64,000 nt of DNA from NCBI GenBank assembly GCA_965216565.1, contig OZ244170.1, forward strand, positions 4,128,001 through 4,192,000, written 5' to 3'. The DNA is from Bythopirellula sp. Lineage in GTDB: Bacteria; Planctomycetota; Planctomycetia; Pirellulales; Lacipirellulaceae. Made by a program: the position numbers and the translations under genes. A model generated the notes under the pieces. The model saw nothing but the letters and a program-made list of their open reading frames with translations. It did no database searches and was not told the origin of the DNA. This document shows positions 46,958 through 57,362 of the stretch, one piece after another (the stretch's first letter is position 1; each line of letters begins with the position of its first letter).

Positions 46958-49900
46958 TCACAACACCGCCGCGCGTTGCTCGGCACTTCGCAATCCCAGG
47001 TTGCCATAGCGGTGGTACACGTGCGAGAGGCTTTGCTCCTGGAAGTACCACAGCAATTCCACCCGACCATGGGAATTGACCGGTGCATCGGCGATGTACT
47101 GGCCATCCACCGCCGAGGCAGTGCGGACCAGGGGCGACACACGTTCGGCACAGGCGTAGCGAATCCGCTGCACGTGGCCTTCGCGTACCTGCTGTGCCAG
47201 GTCGTCGTCGGCCAGTTCGACAAACTCAATTGCCCCCGCCCAATCTTGGGTGATAGTTTCCAGCAATTCGATCAGCCGCGAATCGTGATCGGGCAAACTA
47301 CTGACAATCGTCCGACAACCGGCCGTCCGCGCAGCCACCACCCGGGCAGATAGTTCAAACAGCGAGTCCTTGGGATGCACACGCACGTGCATTTCGCCGA
47401 TCGGCAAATAGCGGCGGAAATTATCTTCACCAACAAGCAGAAAATGATCGTGAGCGTGGTCGAATTCCTCGGCCATCCAGTGCTCGTAGCTTTGCACGGC
47501 GTCGATAATCTGCCGTAGCTCTTCGTCTGAACCGAGCGAACCTGCACTGGCTTGGAGGAGCTCACAAAAATCATCGAGGCTGGTGTCGCCGAGATCACTC
47601 GTATCGCGACCCCGATTCACGGGATCGGGTGTATCTGCCGTCTCTTCAAACCGCATCAGCGGAGCAACATAGTTGGGCCCGCCCGCTTTGATGCCCGGTC
47701 CGACGGCGCTCTTGCCCATCCCACCGAAGGGCTGTCGCAGGACGATCGCCCCGGTCGTCGGACGATTGATATAGAGATTCCCCGCGCGGATTCCTTCCTG
47801 CCAGAGTTCGATTTCGCGATCGTCCAGGCTTTCCAATCCCGAAGTAAGCCCGTAGCCAGTGGCGTTGACCAGATCGATTGCCTCGTGCAAATCTCGCGCA
47901 CACATCACACCCAACAGGGGACCGAAAAACTCGGTGCAGTGCGTCATGCTTCCCGGTTGCACGGCCCACTTCACACCCGGACTCACGAGGTGAGGATTCC
48001 CATCAACATGAAGCCGCGGCATCACGGCCCACGACTCGCCTTGCTCCAACTCTTTCAGCCCCTGTTCCAGCTCACCGCTGGGAGGACGGATCAACGGACC
48101 GACCTTGCTTGGCAAATCCCAGGCGGAACCGACATGCAGACTCTCCACCGCATCGCACAGCGCCGTGCGGAAACCTTCATCGTGATAGACTTCCTCTTCC
48201 AGAATCAACAGCGACGTGGCTGAGCACTTTTGTCCGCTATGGCCAAAGGCTGAGTGCAGAACATTCTTGATCGCCAGATCGCGATCGGCCAGCGCCGTGA
48301 CGATCGTGGCATTTTTGCCGCCGGTTTCGGCCAGCAAATTCATCGTCGGCTTGGCGGCCAACATCGTGAGCGCTGTTTCGGTTCCGCCGGTAAGGATCAC
48401 CGTATCCACGTCATCGTGAGTTACCAGTTGCTGACCGACGGTCGCGCCACTGCAGGGCATAAACTGCAATGCCGACTTCGGCACGCCCGCCTTCCAAAAG
48501 CATTGGCAAAGCAGATAGGCAATCAGCACGGTATCAGACGCCGGTTTTAAGATCACACTGTTCCCCGCTGCCAGCGCTGCCGCCACGCCGCCGCAGGGAA
48601 TTGCCAGGGGGAAATTCCACGGCGAGACCACCACCACCACGCCCCTGCCCTCTGCCTCCAAACCCGGCACATGGTGAAAATACTCTGCCGAACGGCCATA
48701 GAATCGGCAGAAATCGATCGCCTCGGACACTTCCGGATCGCTTTCGCTGAGGAGTTTCCCCCCCTCGGCAAGCATCGCACCCATCAGTTCACCGCGGGCT
48801 ATCGCGAGCAGGTCCGCCACTTGCGCCAGTACTTCACGACGCGCCCCGACCGCCATTTCCCGCCAATCTGCGCCATCTACCTTGGCATACTCAACGGCCC
48901 GCGACACATCCGTTTCGGTAGCGAGTGTGAATCGCGCAACCACGTTTTCAGGCCGAGAAGGATCGATTGAATCTCGCGCCGTCGGCCGATCGAACCGCTC
49001 TTCCCCCGCCACCACCAACGGCACATCCAATGCCTGCTCCCCGCAGTGCGATTGCCAACGTTCAATAATCTTCTGTGCCCATTGGCCATTGGCCACTAAC
49101 GACCAGTCTGTATCGGGTTCGTTTTGAAACGGAGCATCCCCCGACTTCTGCTCCCCGAGCGCTGTGCCCTTGATTCGATCTTGTTGACGTCGCGGCTCAG
49201 CAGCCACCGATTCCATCAAATCAAACGATTTGAGAAACGTTTGCTCCAGTTCTTTCCACTCGGGGCTATCGACGGTCAGGCTGAAGGCGTGTCGCAAAAA
49301 GTTTTCGTCACCGGTGTTTTCGTCCAATCGCCGCACCAGGTAACCGATGGCATTGATAAACTCGGCCTGACTGCAAGCCGGCGCGTAGAGCAACATATTC
49401 TGTGTGAGTTCAAACAGTGCCCGGCGTTGATGGTTAGCCATGCCCTCGAGCATTTCGAACTGCACCCGTTCCAGCGCCCCGGCCCGCACGGCGAGCACCA
49501 ACCCGTAAGCCATAGTGAACAGGTTGTGCGATGCGATTCCCAGCCCCACCGCGGCGAGGTTCTCGGGCTGCATTCCGTAGCGGAGCATCCGCTTGTAATT
49601 GGCATCGGTTTGCACTTTCTCTTGGTACGGTGCCTGCGGCCAACCCCGCACACTGGCCTCGACCCGCTCCATTTCCATGTTGGCTCCCTTCACGAGCCGA
49701 ATCACCACCGGCGTGCCGCCACCTTCCACCCGTTTCCTGGCCCACTCGGTAATGCGCTGCTGCATCCGAAACGAGTCGGGAATATAGGCCTGCAGCGCAA
49801 TCCCGGCGCGTACCTGTTCCAGTCCCGGCCGATCGAGCGTCCGCATGAAAACTTCGGCCGTGATCTGCAGGTCGCGGTACTCTTCCATATCTAGATACAC

Positions 49901-50683
49901 AAGCTTCTTTACTTCCGTACCATCAAGACGCTCGTACCGATTCTTTGCCGCGGCACGATAGAGCAACTCCATCCGATCGCAGAGGACTTCAACCGTGTGC
50001 TCTCTGGCGAGCGGTGAAACCTGTGAATAGATCGTGGAGATTTTCACAGAGACGACTTCAATCTCCGGCGTGGCGAGTGCTTGCAGATAGAGTTTCAACC
50101 GTCGCTCAGCTTCCTTCTCTCCCAGTAGCGCTTCACCCAGGAAATTGACATTCATCCGCACGCCCGATTCGCGGCGTTTGCGGAGATAGTCTTTCAGCAG
50201 TTCTGGCTCGGCGGGCAGAATGACGTTGGCTGTTTCCTGCTGCATCTTTTCTTTCACAAACGGCATCGCCACCCCGGGCAGATACGCACCAAAAGATTGA
50301 AAACCTTTGAGCAGTGTGCGATCGAGCGTACTGAAAAATCGGGGCACGCCCTGCACGTCCAAGATGTGGATCAACTGGTCCGCGGCGCGATGCGGCAGTC
50401 GCGAGCGAAACGCCTGATCGGTGAGCTGCATGAGCGTGGTCTTGTCGGCGGGCGACTGCATCATGCGGTCGAGTTCCGCCTGTTGCCGGCGCTCGGCGGG
50501 CGTTTGCAATTGAGAGGCCTGCGTTTGCAGGTGCCGGGCGAGGAACAGTGCCTGCTGGATATCCTCGTCATAAGGCGAATCGGCAGCGGGCTCAAAGTCG
50601 GCGAGCAGTTGGGAAACCGTGTCAATAACTTCGCGGGCTACAGCAGTCGGCAGCGAGGGGCTCATCGGGCTGATTCCTGGCAA
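46958..50683 (-). CDS. putA: Bifunctional proline dehydrogenase / P5C dehydrogenase
   Basis: LDMEE, RLVKGA, ASHN, YLVRRLDEN; ALDH motifs SPWNFP, ETGGKN, GQKCSA, EFFGP, QPFGG. Confidence 0.95.
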   Translation of the reverse strand: MPGISPMSPSLPTAVAREVIDTVSQLLADFEPAADSPYDEDIQQALFLARHLQTQASQLQTPAERRQQAELDRMMQSPADKTTLMQLTDQAFRSRLPHRAADQLIHILDVQGVPRFFSTLDRTLLKGFQSFGAYLPGVAMPFVKEKMQQETANVILPAEPELLKDYLRKRRESGVRMNVNFLGEALLGEKEAERRLKLYLQALATPEIEVVSVKISTIYSQVSPLAREHTVEVLCDRMELLYRAAAKNRYERLDGTEVKKLVYLDMEEYRDLQITAEVFMRTLDRPGLEQVRAGIALQAYIPDSFRMQQRITEWARKRVEGGGTPVVIRLVKGANMEMERVEASVRGWPQAPYQEKVQTDANYKRMLRYGMQPENLAAVGLGIASHNLFTMAYGLVLAVRAGALERVQFEMLEGMANHQRRALFELTQNMLLYAPACSQAEFINAIGYLVRRLDENTGDENFLRHAFSLTVDSPEWKELEQTFLKSFDLMESVAAEPRRQQDRIKGTALGEQKSGDAPFQNEPDTDWSLVANGQWAQKIIERWQSHCGEQALDVPLVVAGEERFDRPTARDSIDPSRPENVVARFTLATETDVSRAVEYAKVDGADWREMAVGARREVLAQVADLLAIARGELMGAMLAEGGKLLSESDPEVSEAIDFCRFYGRSAEYFHHVPGLEAEGRGVVVVVSPWNFPLAIPCGGVAAALAAGNSVILKPASDTVLIAYLLCQCFWKAGVPKSALQFMPCSGATVGQQLVTHDDVDTVILTGGTETALTMLAAKPTMNLLAETGGKNATIVTALADRDLAIKNVLHSAFGHSGQKCSATSLLILEEEVYHDEGFRTALCDAVESLHVGSAWDLPSKVGPLIRPPSGELEQGLKELEQGESWAVMPRLHVDGNPHLVSPGVKWAVQPGSMTHCTEFFGPLLGVMCARDLHEAIDLVNATGYGLTSGLESLDDREIELWQEGIRAGNLYINRPTTGAIVLRQPFGGMGKSAVGPGIKAGGPNYVAPLMRFEETADTPDPVNRGRDTSDLGDTSLDDFCELLQASAGSLGSDEELRQIIDAVQSYEHWMAEEFDHAHDHFLLVGEDNFRRYLPIGEMHVRVHPKDSLFELSARVVAARTAGCRTIVSSLPDHDSRLIELLETITQDWAGAIEFVELADDDLAQQVREGHVQRIRYACAERVSPLVRTASAVDGQYIADAPVNSHGRVELLWYFQEQSLSHVYHRYGNLGLRSAEQRAAVL

Positions 50684-50826
50684 TGTGGTTTTGCAGCAAA
50701 GGTCTCAGCGCATTATTCGACGTCCGCACGGCAGGAGCAAGGGAGTATCAGCCAATAGAGCAGCCAAGATTCGCAACGACGCCCAGGCCAGCCAAGTTGC
50801 GCAGACCTTAAGACAAGAGGCGCAGT

Positions 50827-51345
50827 CTACTGCGAATTGTTAATCCGCTGGGCCAAGTATTCCAGAATATCTCGGATGGAAATGACTCCCAACAGGGCAT
50901 TGTCTTGCGTGATGGGAATATGCCGATAGCCGCCGACATGCATCTTATGGAGAGCAAAAGCAATCTTGTCTTCCGCATCCAGCGTTTCGGGCTTGGGGGT
51001 CATCAGAGTTTCGATTGCTTGATCGGCATACCCGTCCACCTCGGCATTGATTTTCAGCAAGGCATCGCGCTCGCTGAAAATACCTGCGATCTGATCCCCT
51101 TGCACGACAATCACGCAGCCGATGTCCGCCTCGACCATTTGCTTCAGCACATCGCCTACACTGGTGCCTACCTCAGCCGTAAGAGGCTTTTTGGGGGAAA
51201 GCGACTCAATACGGTCCTTCAGCAATCCCTTTTCGACTGTGCTTTTCGGGTTGGGGTAGCTCATGTCGGTGAGGGAGTGCTGACAGTCGTCGCACATATC
51301 CGCACCTTCGATGTATTCAGCTCCACAATGGGGACAAAGCTTCAT
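50827..51345 (-). CDS. CBS-pair protein with N-terminal zinc ribbon
   Basis: TAATG overlap with korB; CPHC...CDDC; GIFSERD, GYRHIPI, GVISIRDI. Confidence 0.88.
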   Translation of the reverse strand: MKLCPHCGAEYIEGADMCDDCQHSLTDMSYPNPKSTVEKGLLKDRIESLSPKKPLTAEVGTSVGDVLKQMVEADIGCVIVVQGDQIAGIFSERDALLKINAEVDGYADQAIETLMTPKPETLDAEDKIAFALHKMHVGGYRHIPITQDNALLGVISIRDILEYLAQRINNSQ

Positions 51346-52370
51346 TATTCCACTTTCCAAGTTTCGCCGGTGTTAAACATCGCTTCCAGATCGCCAGTGC
51401 CTTTGTCGGCGATAGCCATCTTTACTTGTTCGTTGATCATCTCGTCGTACCGCTGCTGATCGATGGCGCGGAACACACCAATCGGCTCCGGGAAACCATC
51501 TTCGTATCGCATTCGGCTCAACAAGTAGGCCAGGCTCGGTTCGGAACTGCGTTCGTCGTGGAAGAGCAAATCGTCTTCGTTGATGCCTTTGCCAAGTTCA
51601 ACCACTTCGGGATCCAAGCCATTTAAGCGGATACCCTTGTTGCGGTCTTTGCCAAAGATTAGCGGCTTGCCGTGCTCGAGTTCCAGCGTAGTATCGGCCT
51701 TGGTTTCGCGGTCTTTGGCATACTCCCAGGCACCATCGTTAAACACATTGCAGTTCTGATACACCTCAATGAATGCCGTGCCGCTGTGCTCGGCAGCCCG
51801 TTTCATGACGTTGCCCAAGTGTTTGATATTGGTATCAATACTACGGGCGACAAACGTGGCTTCGCAACCAATGGCTATGGAAAGCGGATGCAACGGATTA
51901 TCGATCGCTCCCATCGGTGTGCTCTTGGTCTTCTTGCCTAAGGGCGACGTCGGCGAGTATTGCCCCTTGGTCAAACCATAGATGCGATTGTTGAACAGGA
52001 CGATATTCAGGTCCATGTTGCGGCGGATGCAGTGCATCAGGTGATTGCCACCAATGGAAAGACCGTCGCCGTCGCCCGTGATCACCCACACTTGCAAGTC
52101 GGGCCGACAAGTCTTGAGCCCCGTCGCTACCGCAGGGGCTCGACCATGGATCGAGTGAATGCCGTACGTGTTCATGTAATAGGGGAACCGGCTGGAACAA
52201 CCGATGCCGGAAATAAACACGATATCCTCGCGCGGCACACCCAACGAAGGCAGCATCTTTTTCATCTGCGCCAGAATGGAATAGTCGCCACAGCCGGGAC
52301 ACCAGCGAACATCCTGATCGCTAGCAAAATCGGTAGGTTTCAATACAGGAAGGGTCGTCTCGATGCTCAT
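51345..52370 (-). CDS. korB: 2-oxoacid:ferredoxin oxidoreductase beta subunit
   Basis: WCPGCGD, SGIGCSSR, IHGRA, GDGD...NN (TPP binding), YGLTKGQ. Confidence 0.93.
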   Translation of the reverse strand: MSIETTLPVLKPTDFASDQDVRWCPGCGDYSILAQMKKMLPSLGVPREDIVFISGIGCSSRFPYYMNTYGIHSIHGRAPAVATGLKTCRPDLQVWVITGDGDGLSIGGNHLMHCIRRNMDLNIVLFNNRIYGLTKGQYSPTSPLGKKTKSTPMGAIDNPLHPLSIAIGCEATFVARSIDTNIKHLGNVMKRAAEHSGTAFIEVYQNCNVFNDGAWEYAKDRETKADTTLELEHGKPLIFGKDRNKGIRLNGLDPEVVELGKGINEDDLLFHDERSSEPSLAYLLSRMRYEDGFPEPIGVFRAIDQQRYDEMINEQVKMAIADKGTGDLEAMFNTGETWKVE

Positions 52371-52440
52371 GGTTTCGCTGTCAATTGTTAGTCGTTAGTT
52401 ATCAGTTGCGAGTAAGATCATCAATCTGCGATCTCACATC

Positions 52441-54294
52441 TCACTCCCCCAGCACTTCGTCAATTTTCTCCACGATCTCTGCTACGTTGAAAGGCTTGCC
52501 TTGGATCTTCGTCAGGCCGATCGTGTCGATTAAAAAGTCGTTGCGAATCATCACGCTCAATTGGCCGAGGTTCAATTCGGGAATTAGAATGTTCTTGAAA
52601 TTCCCCAGGATCTCTTCCAAATTCTTTGGGAATGGATGGATATAACGCAGGTGGCAATGGCTGACGCTCTTGCCGGCTTGTTGCGATTGGTGCACCGCGG
52701 TCGCACACGCCCCGTACGTGCCACCCCAGCTCAGAACCAGCAAGTCGCCGCTGTCGGGGCCATCTAGTTCTTGCAGTGGCACGTTGTCGGCAATTCGCTG
52801 CACTTTCTCTGCGCGAATCTTGCACATGTGCTCGTGATTCTCGGGATCGTAACTCACGTTGCCCGTGCCGTCTTGTTTTTCCAAGCCGCCAATGCGATGC
52901 ATCAAGCCAGGCGTGCCGGGGATCGCCCAAGGACGGGCCAAGAGTTCGTCGCGTTTGTACGGCAAAAACTCGTCGCCGTTTTCCATCGGGCCGGGATGAT
53001 TTACCTCGACCGAGGGAAGTTCGTCGATCTCGGGGATTCGCCAAGGCTCTGAGCCGTTCGCCAAGTATCCGTCCGTTAAAATCATGACGGGGGTCATAAA
53101 GCGGACGGCTAGCCGCCAAGCTTCTTGGGCCACATCGAAACAGTCGCCCGGGCTGCGAGCGGCGATAATCGGCATGGGACATTCGCCGTTGCGACCATAC
53201 ATGGCCTGGAACAGGTCGGCCTGCTCCGTTTTCGTTGGCAAGCCCGTGGAAGGACCGCCCCGCTGCACATTAATCACCAGCATCGGCAGTTCTGTCATCA
53301 CGGCCAATCCCAACGCTTCGCCCTTGAGGGCAATGCCGGGGCCGGAACTGGCAGTCACTGAAAGCTCGCCGGCAAACGCGGCACCGATCGCTGCGGTCAC
53401 TGCGGCAATTTCGTCCTCAGCCTGGAACGTCAACACATCGAAGTGCTTATGCTTTGCCAGCTCGTGCAAGATGTCGCTCGCCGGCGTAATGGGATAGGCA
53501 CCCAGGAACAAACGCTTATTGCTGCGCTGGGCGGCCGTGAGCAAACCCCAAGCCAGGGCGGTATTGCCCATCATGTTTCGATAGGTGCCCGGCGGCAATT
53601 TCGCGGGGCCGACGTGGTACTGGGTGTTGATCGCCTCGACGGTCTCGCCGTAATTGAAACCTGCCTTCAGCGCTGCCGTATTGGCCTGGGCCACGTCGGG
53701 CCGTTTGCCAAACTTGTTTTCAATAAACCGCAGCGTCGGATCGAGCGACCGATCGTACAGCCAAAACACCAAACCCATCGCAAAGAAGTTGCGGCAGCGG
53801 TCGGCTTCTTTCTGACTGAGTCCGAGTCCTTCAACGGCCAGACGAGTGAGTTTGGTCATCTCGACGGTGTGTAGCTTATAGCCTTCCAGGCTGCCATCTT
53901 CGGTTGGGTCGGTTTCGTAGCCCGCTTGTCCGAGCCCCTTCTTTTCGAAGGCGTCTTTGTTTACCAGCAGAATGCCGCCTTTGCGGAGATCTTCGAGGTT
54001 CGTCACCAACGCCGCCGGATTCATGGCCACGAGAGCATCGACCGTATCGCCAGGCGTATAAATCTCGTTGCTGGAAAAATGAATCTGAAATCCACTCACA
54101 CCCGCCTTGGTACCACGCGGAGCGCGAATTTCTGCGGGGAAATCTGGGAACGTTGCAACATCGTTCCCCAAGAGTGCAGAAGTGTTGGTGAACTGGGTTC
54201 CGGCAAGCTGCATGCCGTCCCCCGAGTCGCCACAGAATCGGACGGTTGCTTCTTCGATATTGCTAATAGACTTCGCTTCAGCTGTGGTTGCCAT
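52441..54294 (-). CDS. korA: 2-oxoacid:ferredoxin oxidoreductase alpha subunit (gamma-alpha fusion)
   Basis: [41 protein letters not shown]. Confidence 0.93.
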   Translation of the reverse strand: MATTAEAKSISNIEEATVRFCGDSGDGMQLAGTQFTNTSALLGNDVATFPDFPAEIRAPRGTKAGVSGFQIHFSSNEIYTPGDTVDALVAMNPAALVTNLEDLRKGGILLVNKDAFEKKGLGQAGYETDPTEDGSLEGYKLHTVEMTKLTRLAVEGLGLSQKEADRCRNFFAMGLVFWLYDRSLDPTLRFIENKFGKRPDVAQANTAALKAGFNYGETVEAINTQYHVGPAKLPPGTYRNMMGNTALAWGLLTAAQRSNKRLFLGAYPITPASDILHELAKHKHFDVLTFQAEDEIAAVTAAIGAAFAGELSVTASSGPGIALKGEALGLAVMTELPMLVINVQRGGPSTGLPTKTEQADLFQAMYGRNGECPMPIIAARSPGDCFDVAQEAWRLAVRFMTPVMILTDGYLANGSEPWRIPEIDELPSVEVNHPGPMENGDEFLPYKRDELLARPWAIPGTPGLMHRIGGLEKQDGTGNVSYDPENHEHMCKIRAEKVQRIADNVPLQELDGPDSGDLLVLSWGGTYGACATAVHQSQQAGKSVSHCHLRYIHPFPKNLEEILGNFKNILIPELNLGQLSVMIRNDFLIDTIGLTKIQGKPFNVAEIVEKIDEVLGE

Positions 54295-54384
54295 GGTTGG
54301 CTAGTTGTCCTTGGAATCAATGTGAGGCTTGGAGTGGGAGAGTCATGGTGTGAATGATCGCGGAAAGGAATCGCTCGCCAGAAC

Positions 54385-54891
54385 CTAGGCACCTTCGCGT
54401 TCGCTGGGTGTACTGCTCGGTTCGGGCGGCAGATTGTAAATCGTCTGGGGGAAGTGATCGACCAGGTAGTGGATGATTCCCTTAAACGATGCCAGCCCTT
54501 GCGGCTTGCCATCCTCGGCCACAATCGGCATGCGTCGATAGTGGCCTTCAGACATTTGGCGAATTGCGGCGCCAACGGTATCGCCCGCATTGAGCGTTTT
54601 CAGATCGCTGCTCATCAGTTCCGAGATCGGAATGTCGGAACTCTTACCCGACGCCATCCAAATGAGTGCGTCGCGCTCCGTGAAGATGCCCACGAGCTTA
54701 TCGTCATCGCAAACAAGCGCGCTGGCAACGCGGTTGTTCTTAATTAGGCCGAGCACTGCGCCGACCGTATTCTCGGGAGAAACCAATAAAGGTTCGGTGG
54801 GGTAGGCAGCCGTCACCTTGTCGGTGTTGAGGCTGAGATGAAAACTCACGGCTTGGGTGCCTTTTGATCCGTTACTGCGGGGTGTCGTCAA
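54385..54891 (-). CDS. CBS-pair protein
   Basis: GIFTERD, GHYRRMPIV, C-terminal YNLPP...REGA; start uncertain. Confidence 0.85.
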   Translation of the reverse strand: MTTPRSNGSKGTQAVSFHLSLNTDKVTAAYPTEPLLVSPENTVGAVLGLIKNNRVASALVCDDDKLVGIFTERDALIWMASGKSSDIPISELMSSDLKTLNAGDTVGAAIRQMSEGHYRRMPIVAEDGKPQGLASFKGIIHYLVDHFPQTIYNLPPEPSSTPSEREGA

Positions 54892-55065
54892 TCAAAGGTG
54901 ACGAGCGTACCATCAAGAAAATTTACCATCTACGGCAGACCCTTAGAACAGCAAAAAGTCTCGGAATCGCGGGATTTCGGATATGGGAGAGTCGATTGCG
55001 GATATCCGATTTCTGATCTCTCCATGCCGATGGAGGACAAGGGCTCGAGGGCGACCTGCTAAGGC

Positions 55066-55153
55066 AGCCCCATCGGGGCGACAGGGAGTAGCCAGGGGCG
55101 GGACTCCCCGGGATCCTAGGTACCGATACGACGCTAGCCCTGAAAGGGCGACA
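55066..55153. repeat. REP-like composite palindromic element
   Basis: AGCCCCATCGGGGCGAC...TAGCCAGGGG...CCCCGG...AGCCCTGAAAGGGCGAC. Confidence 0.6.
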
Positions 55154-55259
55154 CACTGACGCGTCAAACGTCACACCCCGTAAGATTTCTTGCCCCAACC
55201 TCAGCAAGCGGTTATCCTCAAGGGTGGTTGAGAGACCAAGAACGTCCACGAAACAAACC

Positions 55260-55358
55260 GAGTTAGAACCAACGCCAGCCGCCACCAATCCAAGCACCCG
55301 CGTCACCCCAAGGGGGTGGGCCCCCGGTGCCAAGATTGGTGGCGGCTTTTTTCGTGCG
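55260..55358 (+). ncRNA. Conserved structured leader (three-stem hairpin + U-tract), copy 1
   Basis: AGCCGCCACCAATC/GATTGGTGGCGGCT, GCACC/GGTGC and CACCCC/GGGGTG stems, then TTTTT; near-identical to 57215-57314. Confidence 0.6.
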
Positions 55359-55405
55359 AGTCAAGACACTTCGTTCTACCAACACGCACTTGGAGAGAAT
55401 TAAAT

Positions 55406-56980
55406 TTGCATAAGAAATATTGCACATGGTTGGCCATTGTGTTGCTGGCACTCGCCGCTAGTGAGAATACCTGGGCGGAGTTTCGGTACGACGTTGTTGC
55501 TGTCACCGGCGATGCCGTGCCAGATGGGAATGGGACGTTCCTTGGCTTTGGATTGCCTTCACTAAACGACTCTCGCCAGGTTGCATTTTTCGCTCAGCTC
55601 AAAGACACTACCGAAGGCTCTTTGGACAACACTGGCCTATACCGCAGTGACGGCACCAGCAGTCTACTTCAAGTCGCGCGTGCAAGTGACCTTGCACCTA
55701 ATGGTAACGGCACCTTTTTTGAACTCCATCGTCCCTCACTGAATAACGATGGCCAAGTTGCATTTCGTAGCGTCCTCATCGGAACGAATGGTGGCGATAG
55801 CGACAATGTAGGACTTTATCTTTACGAAGACTTTATCGGCACTACCCAAGTAGTGCGGACGGGCAACTCGGGTCTCAACGGTACGAGTATTGTCTCAAGT
55901 CTCGGAAACCCAGCCTTGAACAACACGGGTCAAGTTCTCTTTCGTGGTGGATTCACTAATACCAGCGACTACGAGATCGAAGTTGGCTTCTTTCGGATTG
56001 ACAGCACCCAGAGCATCACTCCTATCGTTTTGGAAGGCGACTCCGTGCCAGATGGCAATGGCAGTATCGCACTAATTATTCCCCTAGACTTCAACGATAT
56101 GGGGCAGTTCGTGTTTGGGGGAAGGCTCAGCAACACGATAGGTGGGCTCAGTGATAGTTTCGGTACCTTCCGTGGCGAGGGTCCGGGCACACTGGACCAA
56201 GTCGTCCGCAAAGCAAGTGCAACTTCTGTCAGCAGCGGAAAATTCACAAATATAGGCCCCGCATTGATGAACGGTGGGGGGCAGGTCGCGTTGTTCCTTA
56301 ACTTGGGCGATACAAGCCGTTTTCCTAGTGACGATACAGGACTCTACTTGTACGATGATCTTGTTGGACTCAAGCAGGTGCTTCGTGCTGGTGACCTAGC
56401 ACCGAATGCCAATGGTGAATTTCTCTATTTTGACTACCGTTTCCAGGGACCTCTGATAAACGATGTCGGTCAGATCGCCTTTCCAGCCCGCGTAGGCACC
56501 AACATTCTCACCGATTTCCACCGGGGTCTGTTCATAACAGATAGCTCGGGCAGCACAAAACAGATCGCACTTGCTGGGAACACTGTTCCAGAGGGCAATG
56601 GTGAGTTCTCAACATTCGAGAATCTAGCATTCTCCAATTCTGGTCAACTCGCTTTTGAAGCAAACCTGGCAGGCACTAGTGATACCAGCAGCGATGACAA
56701 AGGACTCTATCTATACGATGATTATGCCGGGTTAACTCTTGTCGCGCGAACCGGTGGCAGCTTCCTCGACAGCATCATTGTTGATGCGAATTTCCTGAGC
56801 GGAACCCACGGGATTAACGATGGAGAGAGGGGACTGAACGATCACAGTCAGTTGGCCTATCAATTTACACTCGCCGACGGTCGCCAGGGCATCGCTATCG
56901 CGACGCTTGTCCCCGAGCCGAGCACGTTGCTGTTGAGCCTGCTGGCCAGCGTTACTTGGCTCTATAGAAAACGCGACTAG
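55406..56980 (+). CDS. NxxGxxAF-repeat (choice-of-anchor) PEP-CTERM surface protein, copy 1
   Basis: GGAGAG RBS + TTG at 55406 and signal peptide; repeated LN.. GQVAF units and P.GNG.F; VPEP + TM + RKR. Confidence 0.85.
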   Translation: MHKKYCTWLAIVLLALAASENTWAEFRYDVVAVTGDAVPDGNGTFLGFGLPSLNDSRQVAFFAQLKDTTEGSLDNTGLYRSDGTSSLLQVARASDLAPNGNGTFFELHRPSLNNDGQVAFRSVLIGTNGGDSDNVGLYLYEDFIGTTQVVRTGNSGLNGTSIVSSLGNPALNNTGQVLFRGGFTNTSDYEIEVGFFRIDSTQSITPIVLEGDSVPDGNGSIALIIPLDFNDMGQFVFGGRLSNTIGGLSDSFGTFRGEGPGTLDQVVRKASATSVSSGKFTNIGPALMNGGGQVALFLNLGDTSRFPSDDTGLYLYDDLVGLKQVLRAGDLAPNANGEFLYFDYRFQGPLINDVGQIAFPARVGTNILTDFHRGLFITDSSGSTKQIALAGNTVPEGNGEFSTFENLAFSNSGQLAFEANLAGTSDTSSDDKGLYLYDDYAGLTLVARTGGSFLDSIIVDANFLSGTHGINDGERGLNDHSQLAYQFTLADGRQGIAIATLVPEPSTLLLSLLASVTWLYRKRD

Positions 56981-57052
56981 CCGGACTGTTACTTTCTATC
57001 CGCCTTGGTGGGCGGTCCGGCGCACTCCGGAGGCAAGTGTGCCTCCGGCTAG
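56977..57052. repeat. Palindromic trailer element, copy 1
   Basis: CTAGCCGGA...CCGGAGGCAAGTGTGCCTCCGGCTAG; begins in the stop codon. Confidence 0.75.
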
Positions 57053-57214
57053 CGAGCTGTAAGAGGACTTTTGGTCGCTAAATGCTTCTACCCACCTGAG
57101 TTTTGCTGGTTGTTACATACCGAACGTCGCACCGCACAATTTTCCTTGCCCGCTGACGCGGGAACGGCTATCCTGAAGGGCAGTTAGCAGATAGGAATTC
57201 CACACTCCGTTCCT

Positions 57215-57314
57215 GAGTTAGAACTAACGCCAAGCCGTCACCAATCCAAGCACCCAAGTCACCCCAAGGGGGTGGGCTCCCGGTGCCAAGATTGGTGGCG
57301 GCTTTTTTCGTGCG
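57215..57314 (+). ncRNA. Conserved structured leader, copy 2
   Basis: Same fold as copy 1; a C>T change in P1 keeps a G-U pair. Confidence 0.6.
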
Positions 57315-57362
57315 CGGGTCACGAGCTATCGTTCCAAACATTGCCATCTGGGGAGATCTGTT

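Noticed and set aside
55316..55405. N-terminal extension of the 554-aa ORF, and ORF 57283..57624
   Set aside because: They overlap the conserved non-coding hairpin. RBS + TTG at 55406 and 57363 give proper signal peptides.
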